NCBI RefSeq assembly: GCF_037042905.1
Contig: NC_087245.1
Location: forward strand, 21,702,001-21,766,000
Length of the DNA stretch: 64,000 bases
Source: Lytechinus pictus
Lineage: Eukaryota
Reading direction: 5' to 3'
The translations under genes and the position numbers were made by a program. Every line of letters starts with the position of its first letter. The first letter of the stretch is position 1. Shown piece after piece: positions 28,201-40,200 of this stretch. Under the pieces are notes generated by a model that saw only the letters and a list, made by a program, of their open reading frames with translations, had not been told where the DNA came from and did not search any database.

Positions 28201-31200
28201 GCATATGATATATCCACGAATTAAACATGGCTGTTCTAGATTTGGTAAATGGGTATTGATCAATGACTTTATTATTTCCATTTCTTATGAAGACATAGAC
28301 CCATCATCGTTGTTAGAGAAGATGAAACTTCTTGAGGGGAGAATCGAGAGCCTCACGAGTGACTTGCTTAGAAAAAAAATGAAAGTAGCGTTCTTTGGAG
28401 GGTGAGTACAGTGTAATTCTTTTAAAAGGATGGTCCGGGCTGAAAGTATTTATAGCTTAATAAATAGAGTACAATTCACTGAGCAAAATGCCAAAAATTT
28501 CATCAAAATCGGATAAAAAATAACAAAGTTATTGAATTTTAAAGTTTAGCAATATTTGGTGAAAACAGTCGTCATGAATATTCATTAGGTGGGCTGATGA
28601 TATCAAATCCCCACTTTTTCTTTTGTATTTTATTATATGAAATTAGGTTTGTTCAAAATTTTCCCTCCAAGAACTAGAAAAATTGGATTGACAACTGATT
28701 TAGTGCATTAGATATTTATTGCTGCAACTTATTTCATTATAAGGGAAACATATTATTCACACAAGTATGAAATGATGAAAACATTATGATTTTATGTTAT
28801 AACATAAGAAAACGGAAGTGAAGATCTAACATCATAAGCCCACCTAATGAATATTCATGACGAATGTTTTCACAAAATATTGCTAAACTTTAAACTTCAA
28901 TAACTTTATTATTCGTTATCCGATTTTGGTGAAATGTTCGGCATTTTGCTCAGTGAATTCTACTCTACATGCTCTATGTATTAAGATATAAATATTTCCA
29001 GCCCGGATCATCCCTTTAAATTACTGCCATTAACGTGATTAATGATTAAAGTTAAGTACAATGTAACAGATTGAATAAAATCCGACAAATTTCGTCACCC
29101 CCATGATAGAGTAGTGCTTTGTTTAAATACCATTCCCTGATCAAATATTGTTTTATACTTTGTCTTCTTAAGTTATTTTTGTTATCCAAACAGAACCAGT
29201 AGCGGGAAGACAACTACCCTGAATGCTATGATTGGCCGAGAACTTCTCCCATCGGGAATGGGCGATACGACAAGCTGCTTCATTCAGATCGAAAAGATGG
29301 GCATTGTTTCTGAGAGTAAAGACGCCTCATGTCCTGAAGAACAAAATCATTTCGTCAGCAACTGCAGCACAAACTCAATGGACAATGAAAATGACGACAT
29401 CCCACGAACGCCTTCCTATTTTGTTGTTAGAGAAGTCGAGAGTAGGGAGAAAGAGGCGTCTCTCCATTCGTTCCTAGAAGACAAACAGCCTCTCGATTCA
29501 GAGGTTTGTTAAAAGCCAAAATCGACCAAAGAATAATCTGAAAGTAATAACAGAGAACCCAGGCAGTAAAAATCCATAATCAAACTTGAACGGAAAATGC
29601 GTTAATGCCCTGTGTTCAATGATGAGTCGCTGGTGTTATAACCGCAAATTTTACTTTTCATTTAATATTTTTTATTGTTCAGCACTTGGCATGAAATGAC
29701 AATTCCTTTCCCATTTTCCCATTTGAGGATATATAAATGGTACAAATCTTTACTTTATGTGTAAGATAATTAATGATTCCGTATATTCATTGTGAACTAT
29801 AGGCCTTGGAAGATCTGTGTGACGCCAAGTCGATTCGCTCTTTGGATGCGACCTACCTCATAGAAATACACTTGTCAGATGACGAAGTGACAAACGACCA
29901 TCTTCTGAATTATGACCTTCAGATCATGGATTGGTATGGTTCATTCTCTTTCATAAAACAAAATTCAAGGGGTTTAGAACTGGAACTCAAAAGTGTGTAA
30001 CAAGAAATTTTCGTCATTGTATAGATAATGTTATGATTTCTTCATATTTATTATTTATTCACTGAAAGCAATGGTCATTAATTGGTCATTGATGATTATT
30101 TCATTTCTGTATAATATTGTTTATATATATACTTTCGACAGAACTCTCATGTTAAGCAGATCGATATGGATTGAATTACACCTTCCAAATAAGTATAAAT
30201 AGATATTCTACTGGTATTTCATTCATTCCACCCTGATGGCCATCAATAATGATTTGAAAGAAATAGTCTTAAATTCGATATTTCATGGTTATTTTTCCAA
30301 ACGTATAAAAAATGCGTTTATTTCATATTTAGACTAAAATTCGTTTTACCCGGTTCTATTTTACATGCATATACGCGTAAATCTAGCCCAGGTATCACGA
30401 AATGTCGAGAGCTCGGTGACAGGGTGAAAACCTTCTGTGCAGACTCAGATGTCCATGTCTTTATTGTGAATCCCAAGACTGTCATGTCACCGGAAGTATG
30501 TTTACAATCATAAGTCTTTATTCTTCATTTTTTTAAAGAAAATGAATTATTTGTTGTAATATAAAGGAATAGCACACGTATAAGGATTTCTGAAAGCAAA
30601 GACTTTCAAAAAGTACGTTTACGATTTTAAACAACAACGGGAGGAAAATTTCTAATTTGTTGATTCATTTGGACTGTTATTTTGTGTATATTTCAACTTT
30701 GAAAATGGAAAAGATATGAGAAGAATGTGCAAGTTTTGTTTTCACTTGTTCTAGTAACCAATCAAGAGATACAAAATTTCAAATCATAATGTGCATTATT
30801 GACAGTTGTCATACCGGGATGAAAAATTTTCAGTTGTCTTTTTTTCACAGGAACGGGATCATTTTGTTGAAGTAGGCAAGCGTCTTCCTAAGCCTGACAT
30901 CATTGTAGGTTACACTCAGTGGGACTTAGCAGCGAGAGAAAGACGCCCTGAAGAGGTAAACAGAGTTTCGTATAATCAAAAGAATCTTATAAAAATAATG
31001 CGGAGGGGGGGGGGGGGGCATGGCCCTTGGAAGAATTTTCGGGGGGGGGGGTGCTGCGTGTATTATTCTCCATAGGCAGCACCCCCAGGTATTCTGAAAG
31101 ATGTGTAAAAATGGAAAAAAAATGTAACCAAAATTACCTACATTTTGTAATGAAACTCTCTTTTTTTTTGCTCTTCAAATTTACATCAGCACCCCAGTAA

Positions 31201-34200
31201 GAAAATCGTTCCCAGGGCCCCGGGGGGGGGGGGTGCAATAAGTATAGATTCATTAGCTTTATTGTAGATTCATTATCTTTTTGATAAATTCATTGATCCA
31301 TTTAATTTTGGTTAATATTACTTCTTCTTTTTTTTTTTTTTGGGGGGGGGGGGGACGTTATTTTAAAAAAATGGAACGAATTCGAGAGGGCCACCGATTG
31401 AGAATGTAAATATCGATAGGTCTATGTACTTTCGAAATTGTGATGATGTCCCCCAAAGTAAAAGTAGGAACGGGGATAATTTCATTAGTCATCCGTTAAG
31501 TTTTGTTTATGCAGGTAAAAGCTCGACACGTCGACTCAGTGTTTGAGATGCTGAAAAAACTCGATGTCGTAAGTACGAGAGAAGAAGCACAGGAAAGATG
31601 CTTCTTTTATTCTGGTAGAGAAGCTTTGGATTTGGCTATTGGCGAGAAAGGTTAGTGGGTGAAAATATTCGGGTCAATTGTCAGTTATGTTACCCAAAAA
31701 ACCCAAAGTCCTTACAAAATCTGATGACAAATTCGGGGTTTCTGTATTAACTGTCTTTCATCTATTTACCCATTGGCATCATGCACATGGCTGTAATAGG
31801 GGGAAGGAGGCAGTGGGATGGGGCAGTTTCCGTCCACGTTATACTAAAAAAAAAGCTTCATGTGAATCGATTTTCCTTTACAAAAAGAGTTAAGAAATAA
31901 TATTTAAAAAGTTAAGTGAATATTCAGAATCCTTCCCTTGCAACACTAAAATGAAAACACGCCTTTTGATCAACTTTTTCGCTTTGCTCCATCACATGCG
32001 AACGCTTTAAGTAAAATTTACCCCTCCCTGGAATATTTTATTCTGATTGTTGATGACTTTAGTTAAAATGATGAAGTGTTGATAGGTTCGAAAGGCCTCG
32101 TGCAGTTGTACCTTGTAGCATGATAATAATCCAAAATGAGGACATCCCCTCTATTGAAAACAGCAACGCTTTATACCTGATTGCATGATAATGAAATTAT
32201 TAACTAGGAACTAATTACAACTGACTGTTTGCATGGTTTATAAGTATGATAAAATTATCTGATAAAACATAATTATTTCTTTGTGCCCTCCATTCTTTTT
32301 TATTTGGGGGATACACTCGATTTTTTAAAGTCAGTTTCCTTGTTACTTCGTTTTCAAATTGTCTCTCTATTCCTCCAGGGTATTTTGTCAAAGATTGGGA
32401 AAAGCGAAGAGAAGATTTTAGGAGGTTCATTTCGAAAATAGAGGTATGTTGCCCCGTTGCATAAAAGTTACACCTGTAACTTCAGCATTCAATGGCAGCA
32501 ATGCTTAATATGCTTTTCACATTGCATTTCCTTAACCCCATACTATCCTTAACCCCGGACTATCCTTAACCCCATACTATCTTTTTTGGATTCACATTGT
32601 CTTTCTTAACCCCATACTATCTGCTTCAGTTAACCGGGGTTAACGCCTTAACCCCAGACTATCCCACAGCTCATGAATATTGATGATTTTACCATACAGA
32701 GTGCGATTAACGTGCAATTTCGACTTCTGTGATTGGCTATTGCTTAGCCCCACTTTTCCTTAGCCCAGTTTCGTTTCACACTGCATGTCTTAGCACCGCA
32801 ATTGTGGTGCTAGCACCACAAAAGTATGCTTTTCACACTGTATTTTTTCCCTTAACCCCGGGAAATTAATGGGGCTAAGGGGGGCCTTAGCCCCACCAAT
32901 TTCCCGGGGTTAAGCTTAGCCCACTTCGTTTTCACACTACGTTTTAGCAAAGTGGGCTAGCACGGTAAATAGTACGGTACTATCTGGCCCTGCAAAAAAG
33001 CCGGGTTAGCCGGCTTATTGTGGTGCTAGCACCACAATTGCGGTGGTAAGAGATGCAGTGTGAAATGAAACTGGGCTAAGGAAAGGTGAGGCTAAGCAAT
33101 AGCCAATCACAGAAGTCGAAATTGCACGTTAATCGCACTCTGTATAGTAGAATAATCAATATTCATGAGCTGTGTGATAGCCCGGGGTTAAGGCATAAAC
33201 CCCGGCTAATCAAATAGTAAAAAAACCATGGGGTTAAGAAAGACAGTGTGAATCGAAAAAAAAAAGATAGTATGGGGTTAAGGATAGTCCGGGGTTAAGG
33301 ATAGTATGGGGTTAAGGAAATGCAATGTGAAAACCCTGCTTTTTTGCAGGGCCAGAAAGTACCGTACTATTTACCGTGCTAGCCCACTTTGCTAAAACGT
33401 ATAATGTGAAACCGAAGTGGGCTAAGCTTAACCCCGGGAAATTGGTGGGGCTTAGGCCCCCCTTAGCCCCATTAATTTCCCGGGGTGCAGTGTGAAAAGC
33501 ATATCATTGGTTTTATTATATGCTTTTCACACTGTACTTTTTTCCCTTAACCCCGGGAAATTAATGGGGCTAAGGGGGGCCTTAGCCCCACCAACTTCGT
33601 TTTCACACTATGTTTTAGCAAAGTGGTCTATCACGGTAAATAGTACGGTACTATCTAGCCCTGCAAAAAAGCAGGGTTAGCCGGCTTATTGTGGTGCTAG
33701 CACCACAATTGCGGTGCTAAGAGATGCAGTGTGAAACGAAACATGGCTAAGGAAAAGTGGGGCTAAGCATTAGCAAATCACAGAAGTCGAAATTGCACGT
33801 TAATCGCACTCTGTATGGTAAAATCATCAATTTTCATGAGCTGTGTGATAGCCCGGGGTTAAGGCGTTATTAAACCCCGGCTAAGCAAATAATTTGGGGT
33901 TAAGAAAGACAGTGTGAATCGAAAAAAAAGATAGTCCGGGGTTAAGGATAGTATGGGGTTAAGGAATTACAGTGTGAAAAGCATGTGAGTCAGTCAATGG
34001 AAGTTACCACTGGATGGCAAAGTTACCACTTGTATGCAATGACGATCAAAAGAACAGTAAATATTGTGTGTTCTTCTGTCAAATTGATGAAAAATATATG
34101 AATAGATATAAGTAAAGATATGACTGGAGTTAATACCTAAATAGTTTTAATAGATATACATTGCAAATGTTCTTATATAGACTGGATGCCTGGATGGGAT

Positions 34201-37200
34201 GCAAGTCATTGCCTATCAAGGAAGCTATTTGGTATGATGCAATAAATTATTTGATAACACACTGATAATAATGTTCAAACAATCAAAATTCAATCATCGT
34301 TTATTATCACATGTATTTGTTTAACTAATATAACCGATTGATACGAATCAATCCAATTTCGGTATTATCCGTAGCAAAATTACATGCTAATTTGACTTCG
34401 ATCAAATAATGATAATATTGACTATAAACATTTGCAATAATGAAAAGGCCGCATTATTCTAGTTATGCTGAGTGTTAGAAAATAATTCTGTATATTTTTT
34501 CATTTATATTTTGTTTCAAGTTAAACCTTTTCTCAAAGCACATCATTTTTTAATTTAAAGGAGAGAGCCACCTCTTCTGGTATGACTACCAAATTGAAAG
34601 TCAATCGAGACACATGCCAAGAGGTCTTACTGCAGTGCTTCAAAAGCCTTGAAGAAGTTATTGCAGAGGTCCAGAAACAGATGTAAGATATATTTATTTT
34701 TAAAGATAGATTTAAATTCGTATAGTCTTATTAACTATTGTGTTTGTGTATTTGGGGGAAATCTCTTTTTTTATGTTCTTTTGTGAATATTTCACACTCA
34801 AAAAGAGTTTTGAGTATGTTGATATATATGTGTAGAGTATACACTTAGTACACATTATTTTCTTTAAGAAAGTACAAGATAATGTGACATGGAGTTTCAA
34901 AGTAACGCACGATGATATAATACTAGGCCAATACATGCGTATTTAAAAAGAAAATAAATAGTAAATTATAAAAAATGATATTTTGTTAGTGTTTCCCAAA
35001 AATATAATAGTGTTAAGTATAAAAGTTGTCAATGTATTTATTTGTAAAGAGATTATATATTATTTGCTATATTATGTATCTTATTTTCTTTATGCCAAAA
35101 ATTTAAGTAAATAAAAAGCCACTAAATACAGACAAATTAAAAACAAAATGAAGACAGATGGTGGTAGTAGAGGCAGATCTAGGGGATCGTTAGTAGAAAA
35201 ATAGGAAGATGGGATCAGCTCCAACACCCAAGGCGCCTTGTTCCCTGTTGACGAGAGTTCGTTGTAGCTCATCTATTGTAGGTCCATGGTCAAACCAATT
35301 GGTCGAACCCGATTAGCAAAAAGCTAGATCAGCAACTGACATGACTGGGTAGGGGATATACTTGTAAGGGAGGAGGATGGAATGAATTTGGGGGTCTAGG
35401 TAAGGAGGAGGAGGGGAGGATCATAGTCCATCAGGGATAGATGGATGCATCATATATGATTTACAACTTAAGGAGTAATCAGATGTTTAAGGTTTTGTAC
35501 TTGATCTTTCCAGGTCAGATGGCAAAGAAAACATGGACAATATGACGAAGAGTCTGGAATTATTTCAGATAAAACGAGCCGAGTTTGTAAAGGAAAGCGA
35601 GGAAAAGAAAAGGAAAGCTTTGAATGTGATCTCTGAATCGGTACGATTCTTCAGCTAAATATGATTCAAGTTTCCTTTACTTTGAGATGTACATGATATT
35701 GGGTAAAATGCTCCATGAGGGTAATTTTGTGTCTAACCAACATTGGACATTTCTTTTGGGTATTATTATTCATCCAGTGTGATGAAAATTTTGCCCATTC
35801 TAAAGTAATTGATGCTTGTTTTTTTCAACCTTACTGGACAATATGCTTCCCGCATTGGGTAAAATACTGCCCCACATTGATTGGACACATAATTACCCTC
35901 GTGCTGGTTAAAATTTTACCCAATATTTTTTATAGTGTATTGGGGTAAATACAAGACGATAATTAAAAATATTTTAGATTTACAAAGCAGCTTGTCAATT
36001 CTGTTTTCTGATCAACCACATCAGATAGTAATTAACATAAAGGAATCCCTAAAAAATTGATTACACATTTATATTCTTATTGCGTGTTTTTTTTTTTTTT
36101 TTTTTTTTTTTTTTGGGGGGGGGGTATGACAAGCTTAAAATGAAAAGGAAAACAAAAGTTATAGAAATGAGGACCGTCGGTGTCAGAGAAGCATTGGGAG
36201 AGTTTTTTACAATATTCATGGGCGCAATGTGCCCAAATTTTTCATTGCCTAGATATGGTGGATGAAGCAAAATTACCAAAAACATATCAGCGAAGCGAGG
36301 GAGCACAAAATATGACCTTTTGAATAATTAAGAAACATATATAATACTTCACTCTTTCCCTTTCCTTTCCTTCTTGCTTTCTTGGACGTGAAACTTTTGG
36401 GGTCTACGGCCCGAAAGCCCCCCCCCCTTCTTATACGAATTAAGTTTGATTCTTATAACATTTTGTGATCGTAGGTATTGCACTGTATGAATGAAGTGAG
36501 TAAGAAAATGACCCAGACCTTGAAAAGGAGCTCCGTGATCAACAGATTTGAGGAAGATCAGGTTCATAGATACGCCGAGGTGAGTACAATCTGTATATAT
36601 ATAGCTTTGTAAAAAAAAACGGTTGAACTAATAATAGCCAAAAATGTTAATAAGGACAGTAACTTCAAAAGGTCAACTTTAAAGATGGTAGATATAATGT
36701 ACTTAGAAAATGTATCCTCGTCGTTTGTGCAATATGAGGAAGAACTACACCATGGAAATGTAAAATAGACAACAGTTGCCAAAAATAATATATATAGTAG
36801 TAGTAACATGAGCACTATGGTACAAGATGAAAAGATCTAGAGAGTGAAAGAGCGTTTTTCATTGATTGGAATTGTAGTCGAAGAAAAAAATAATAAAACG
36901 TTGTTTATCCCTTTTTTAAAAGGGGCAGATAACTATGATAACAATGACATTTTTCATACATAAAAAGGGACATTCTTAGTACTTGAAAAATGTTTGTCAT
37001 GGGAGAGACAGAGAGGGAGTGATCGGGAGCTCTGATTTTTTCACGTAAAATTCTGTCTTTTTCTTTTAAAATAGAACGCCCTCATGGATTGGTATCGCAA
37101 GATGTTGGCTGAGTTTCAGCGCGCTACGGAAAAGGTCTGTGATGACTACTCCTTTGGTATCCTTGGTGAGTGAATAGTTTGGGAGCCATTTCTGTCCTCT

Positions 37201-40200
37201 GATGTTGTAGGCCTATCGATTTTATTGGCGATATAAAACTAAAAGTTTTTTCCATAAATAGAATTTGATATATTTGTTTCGCGATTTTTTTTTTTCTAGT
37301 TTTATATGGCCAATAAAATCGATAAGCCTACAACACCAGAGGACAGCAAATTACCAAAATCTAATTATCCATGATTGAATTCCTTACATAATGTATATGA
37401 AACAGTGTAATATGTCTGTGAGTAGAATGGGTTAATGATCTCCGTTATATTTAAACCTCTTTCAAAACACACACCAACAATTTCAAGCACGTCACGTGTA
37501 TTGTGGTCTGAAACATATTGGGAAGTATGTACCCTACTAAAGTGAAATTTGCTTTTAAGTTTAGTAACATGACGAAGACAAGACATTTCTTTCTAAAAGT
37601 AATATTTCCGGCAGGAAAGTATAGTGGATAATGCACTTGCTAATACTTATGACTCTTTAAGGCATTTTAGACAAAGAGAGGGGCCAATTTAAAGATATAA
37701 ACGGTAAATACTAGTATTACACAACTATATCTCTACACAGAATCGTATGAAAACCACATGAAAGACTTCCCTCATCAAGCACCGAGGGCATTTCAAATCC
37801 GTATGAAACAGATTGAAGAAGAAGCCGAGGTTCCAGAGGCTGCGATCCAGAGGGTCCTTACAGGAATCACCGAGAGAGCTGTATGGTCATCGTTTGCTTC
37901 AAGACGCAGACGGATCAGCGCAGGTATTTTTTTTACTTTTTTTTAAATAATGCATATAGCATTTCCATTTTATTTGAAAGCAGGATAAAAGAGCATTGTA
38001 CATTAAATGCTTGCTCACGGGCATAGATGACGCGGCCGGGGATCGAACCCCGGACTTTCTATGTATAGCCAGGCGCCTTAGACCACTCGGCCAAGGCACC
38101 TCCACACATAATTATCAATCGTCTTTGCGACGCTAACGATACTGGAAATCATGATCGGAAGTTGTTTTTAGCCATAAAACAATTTAGTTCACGAAAATAT
38201 TGTTGCTCGACTGTAGCCTAAAGAGTTGCACTTTCACTTTAAATCGAGAATAAAAAAATAGGCCTAAACGCAAAACCGGTAATTTTCCATAATGTGTCTT
38301 ATTGTGGTCTTATGATAATGCAAGCAAAGATTTTAATCCTCAATAATGAAAGGGGAGTTACATAAATTCTTCCATAATGCTACTGTCTGTCATAATGCGG
38401 CTGTCTGTTTCTCGAGCTTCAAACTGATGCCATGTTCGGCTCGTCTATGAAAGGAATTAAACAAACACCATCGTCAATGTCATTATGTTGATTACCGATC
38501 ACACTTTTTATTGAAATTGCATTATTTCAATTTGATCAAAATATTCCCCATTCTGATTATTCATTTGTATATCCAACCACATTAAGACAAAACTATTCCA
38601 CGCCCCGCCCCCGCATGAAAAATACTTCCGCTTTAATACCATTATTGTGATAACTTTGATATATTTATCATTATCTAAAGATAAATTCATTGGTGGATGA
38701 TGATCATATTAGCACGCTTAGCTTTTAAAGGTCGAGTCCACCCCAGAAAAAAATGTTGAATTGAATCAATTTTAGAGAAAAATCAAACAAGCATGAACCT
38801 GAAAATTTCATCAAAATCGGATGTAAAATAACAAAGTTATGACATTTCAAAATTTCGCTTATTTTTCACAAAACAATCATATCCACCATTCAGTGACATG
38901 CTAATGAGAGAGTCGATGATACCAATCACTCACTATTTCTTTCGTTTTTTCATTATTTGAATTATACATTATTTCAATTTTTACTGATTTGACATTAGGG
39001 ACCAACTGTGCTGAACCATAAAATGTTATAACAACGGTATACCCCATGTTCAGGGAGGAATGAAACTTGGTTTCACAGGATAATGAGAAGAAAATTAGAA
39101 TATTATTTTCATAATTCATGTAATAAAATACAAAAGAAATAGTGAGTTGGTGATGCCATCAGTCCCCTCATTTGCATTGCATACAGACTGTTTTGTGAAA
39201 TTATAAGCAAACATTAAAAATGTCATAACTTTCTTATTTTACATCCAAATTTGATGACAATTTTAGTGTTATGCTGTTGGATTTTTCTGTTTTTATTGAA
39301 ATCAATTTTTATTGGGTGGACTTGCCCTTTAAGTGCTTTCTTAATTCTCAATTTTTATCACAGTCGAAACCGATGAAGAACGTAATATTTTACTGCGCAG
39401 AATCGCGGCGGCAGCAGGAGTGTTTTTCACTCAGGTTCGACAGTGGATCAGAGCCTCTATTGAAAGTCAATTGGAGAATCTTACGTCATCACAACAAAAT
39501 TCTCTCATTTGTCTCGAAGACGTGAAGAACCGATGCTACGAGGCTGTGGAAGCGTGAGTTTTGTGGCTTTTTTTGTTCTAACCCTTAAGATTAAGAAGTG
39601 GGTTCAAGCAAGGAGATATCACTCTAATCTCCTTGGTTCAAGTGTATTCGATACTATGTTTTAAAAGGGCGTGTTAGCGAAATTGGGAGCTTGATAAATA
39701 CGCACTTTCTCTTTCTCAATTTTCACTCTTTCTTTCAAGAGTCTTGAGTTTAAATAGTTTCAATAAACTTTCTACAGTGCGTCCCACAAAAAACGAAACG
39801 GAGATTTATCGATGATTTATCATAACTTAATCACAAATACAATAGACAAATGACCTACCATTGTTAAGCTTAAAATTAGCTTATTTCTCATTCACGCATG
39901 AGTGAGCAAAAACAATTTGAAAAGGGGATACCAACAAGTCACTTGGCGGGCTGTATCTGGGTTTCAAAAAGAAAACCACATTTTTAAAAAGTTCAATATC
40001 TGCTCTTTAATTTGATACATCAATTAAAGAAAATGGTCAAGAAAAAAGAAAGTTCTGGTTATTTGAAACAAGGCTTGATTTTCAATAATTTCATGAAATG
40101 AAGAGCGTTCAAACTCACTCAACACTCCGTTTTGTTGACGATCAGCCATGTTACCGTGCGATAGCTTCTGTGGGAAACCGGTGAAAACACGTTTATTTAA

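Noticed and set aside
37945..38103. tRNA gene on the minus strand
   Set aside because: A and B boxes are present but there is no paired acceptor or anticodon stem; it continues into a SINE body.
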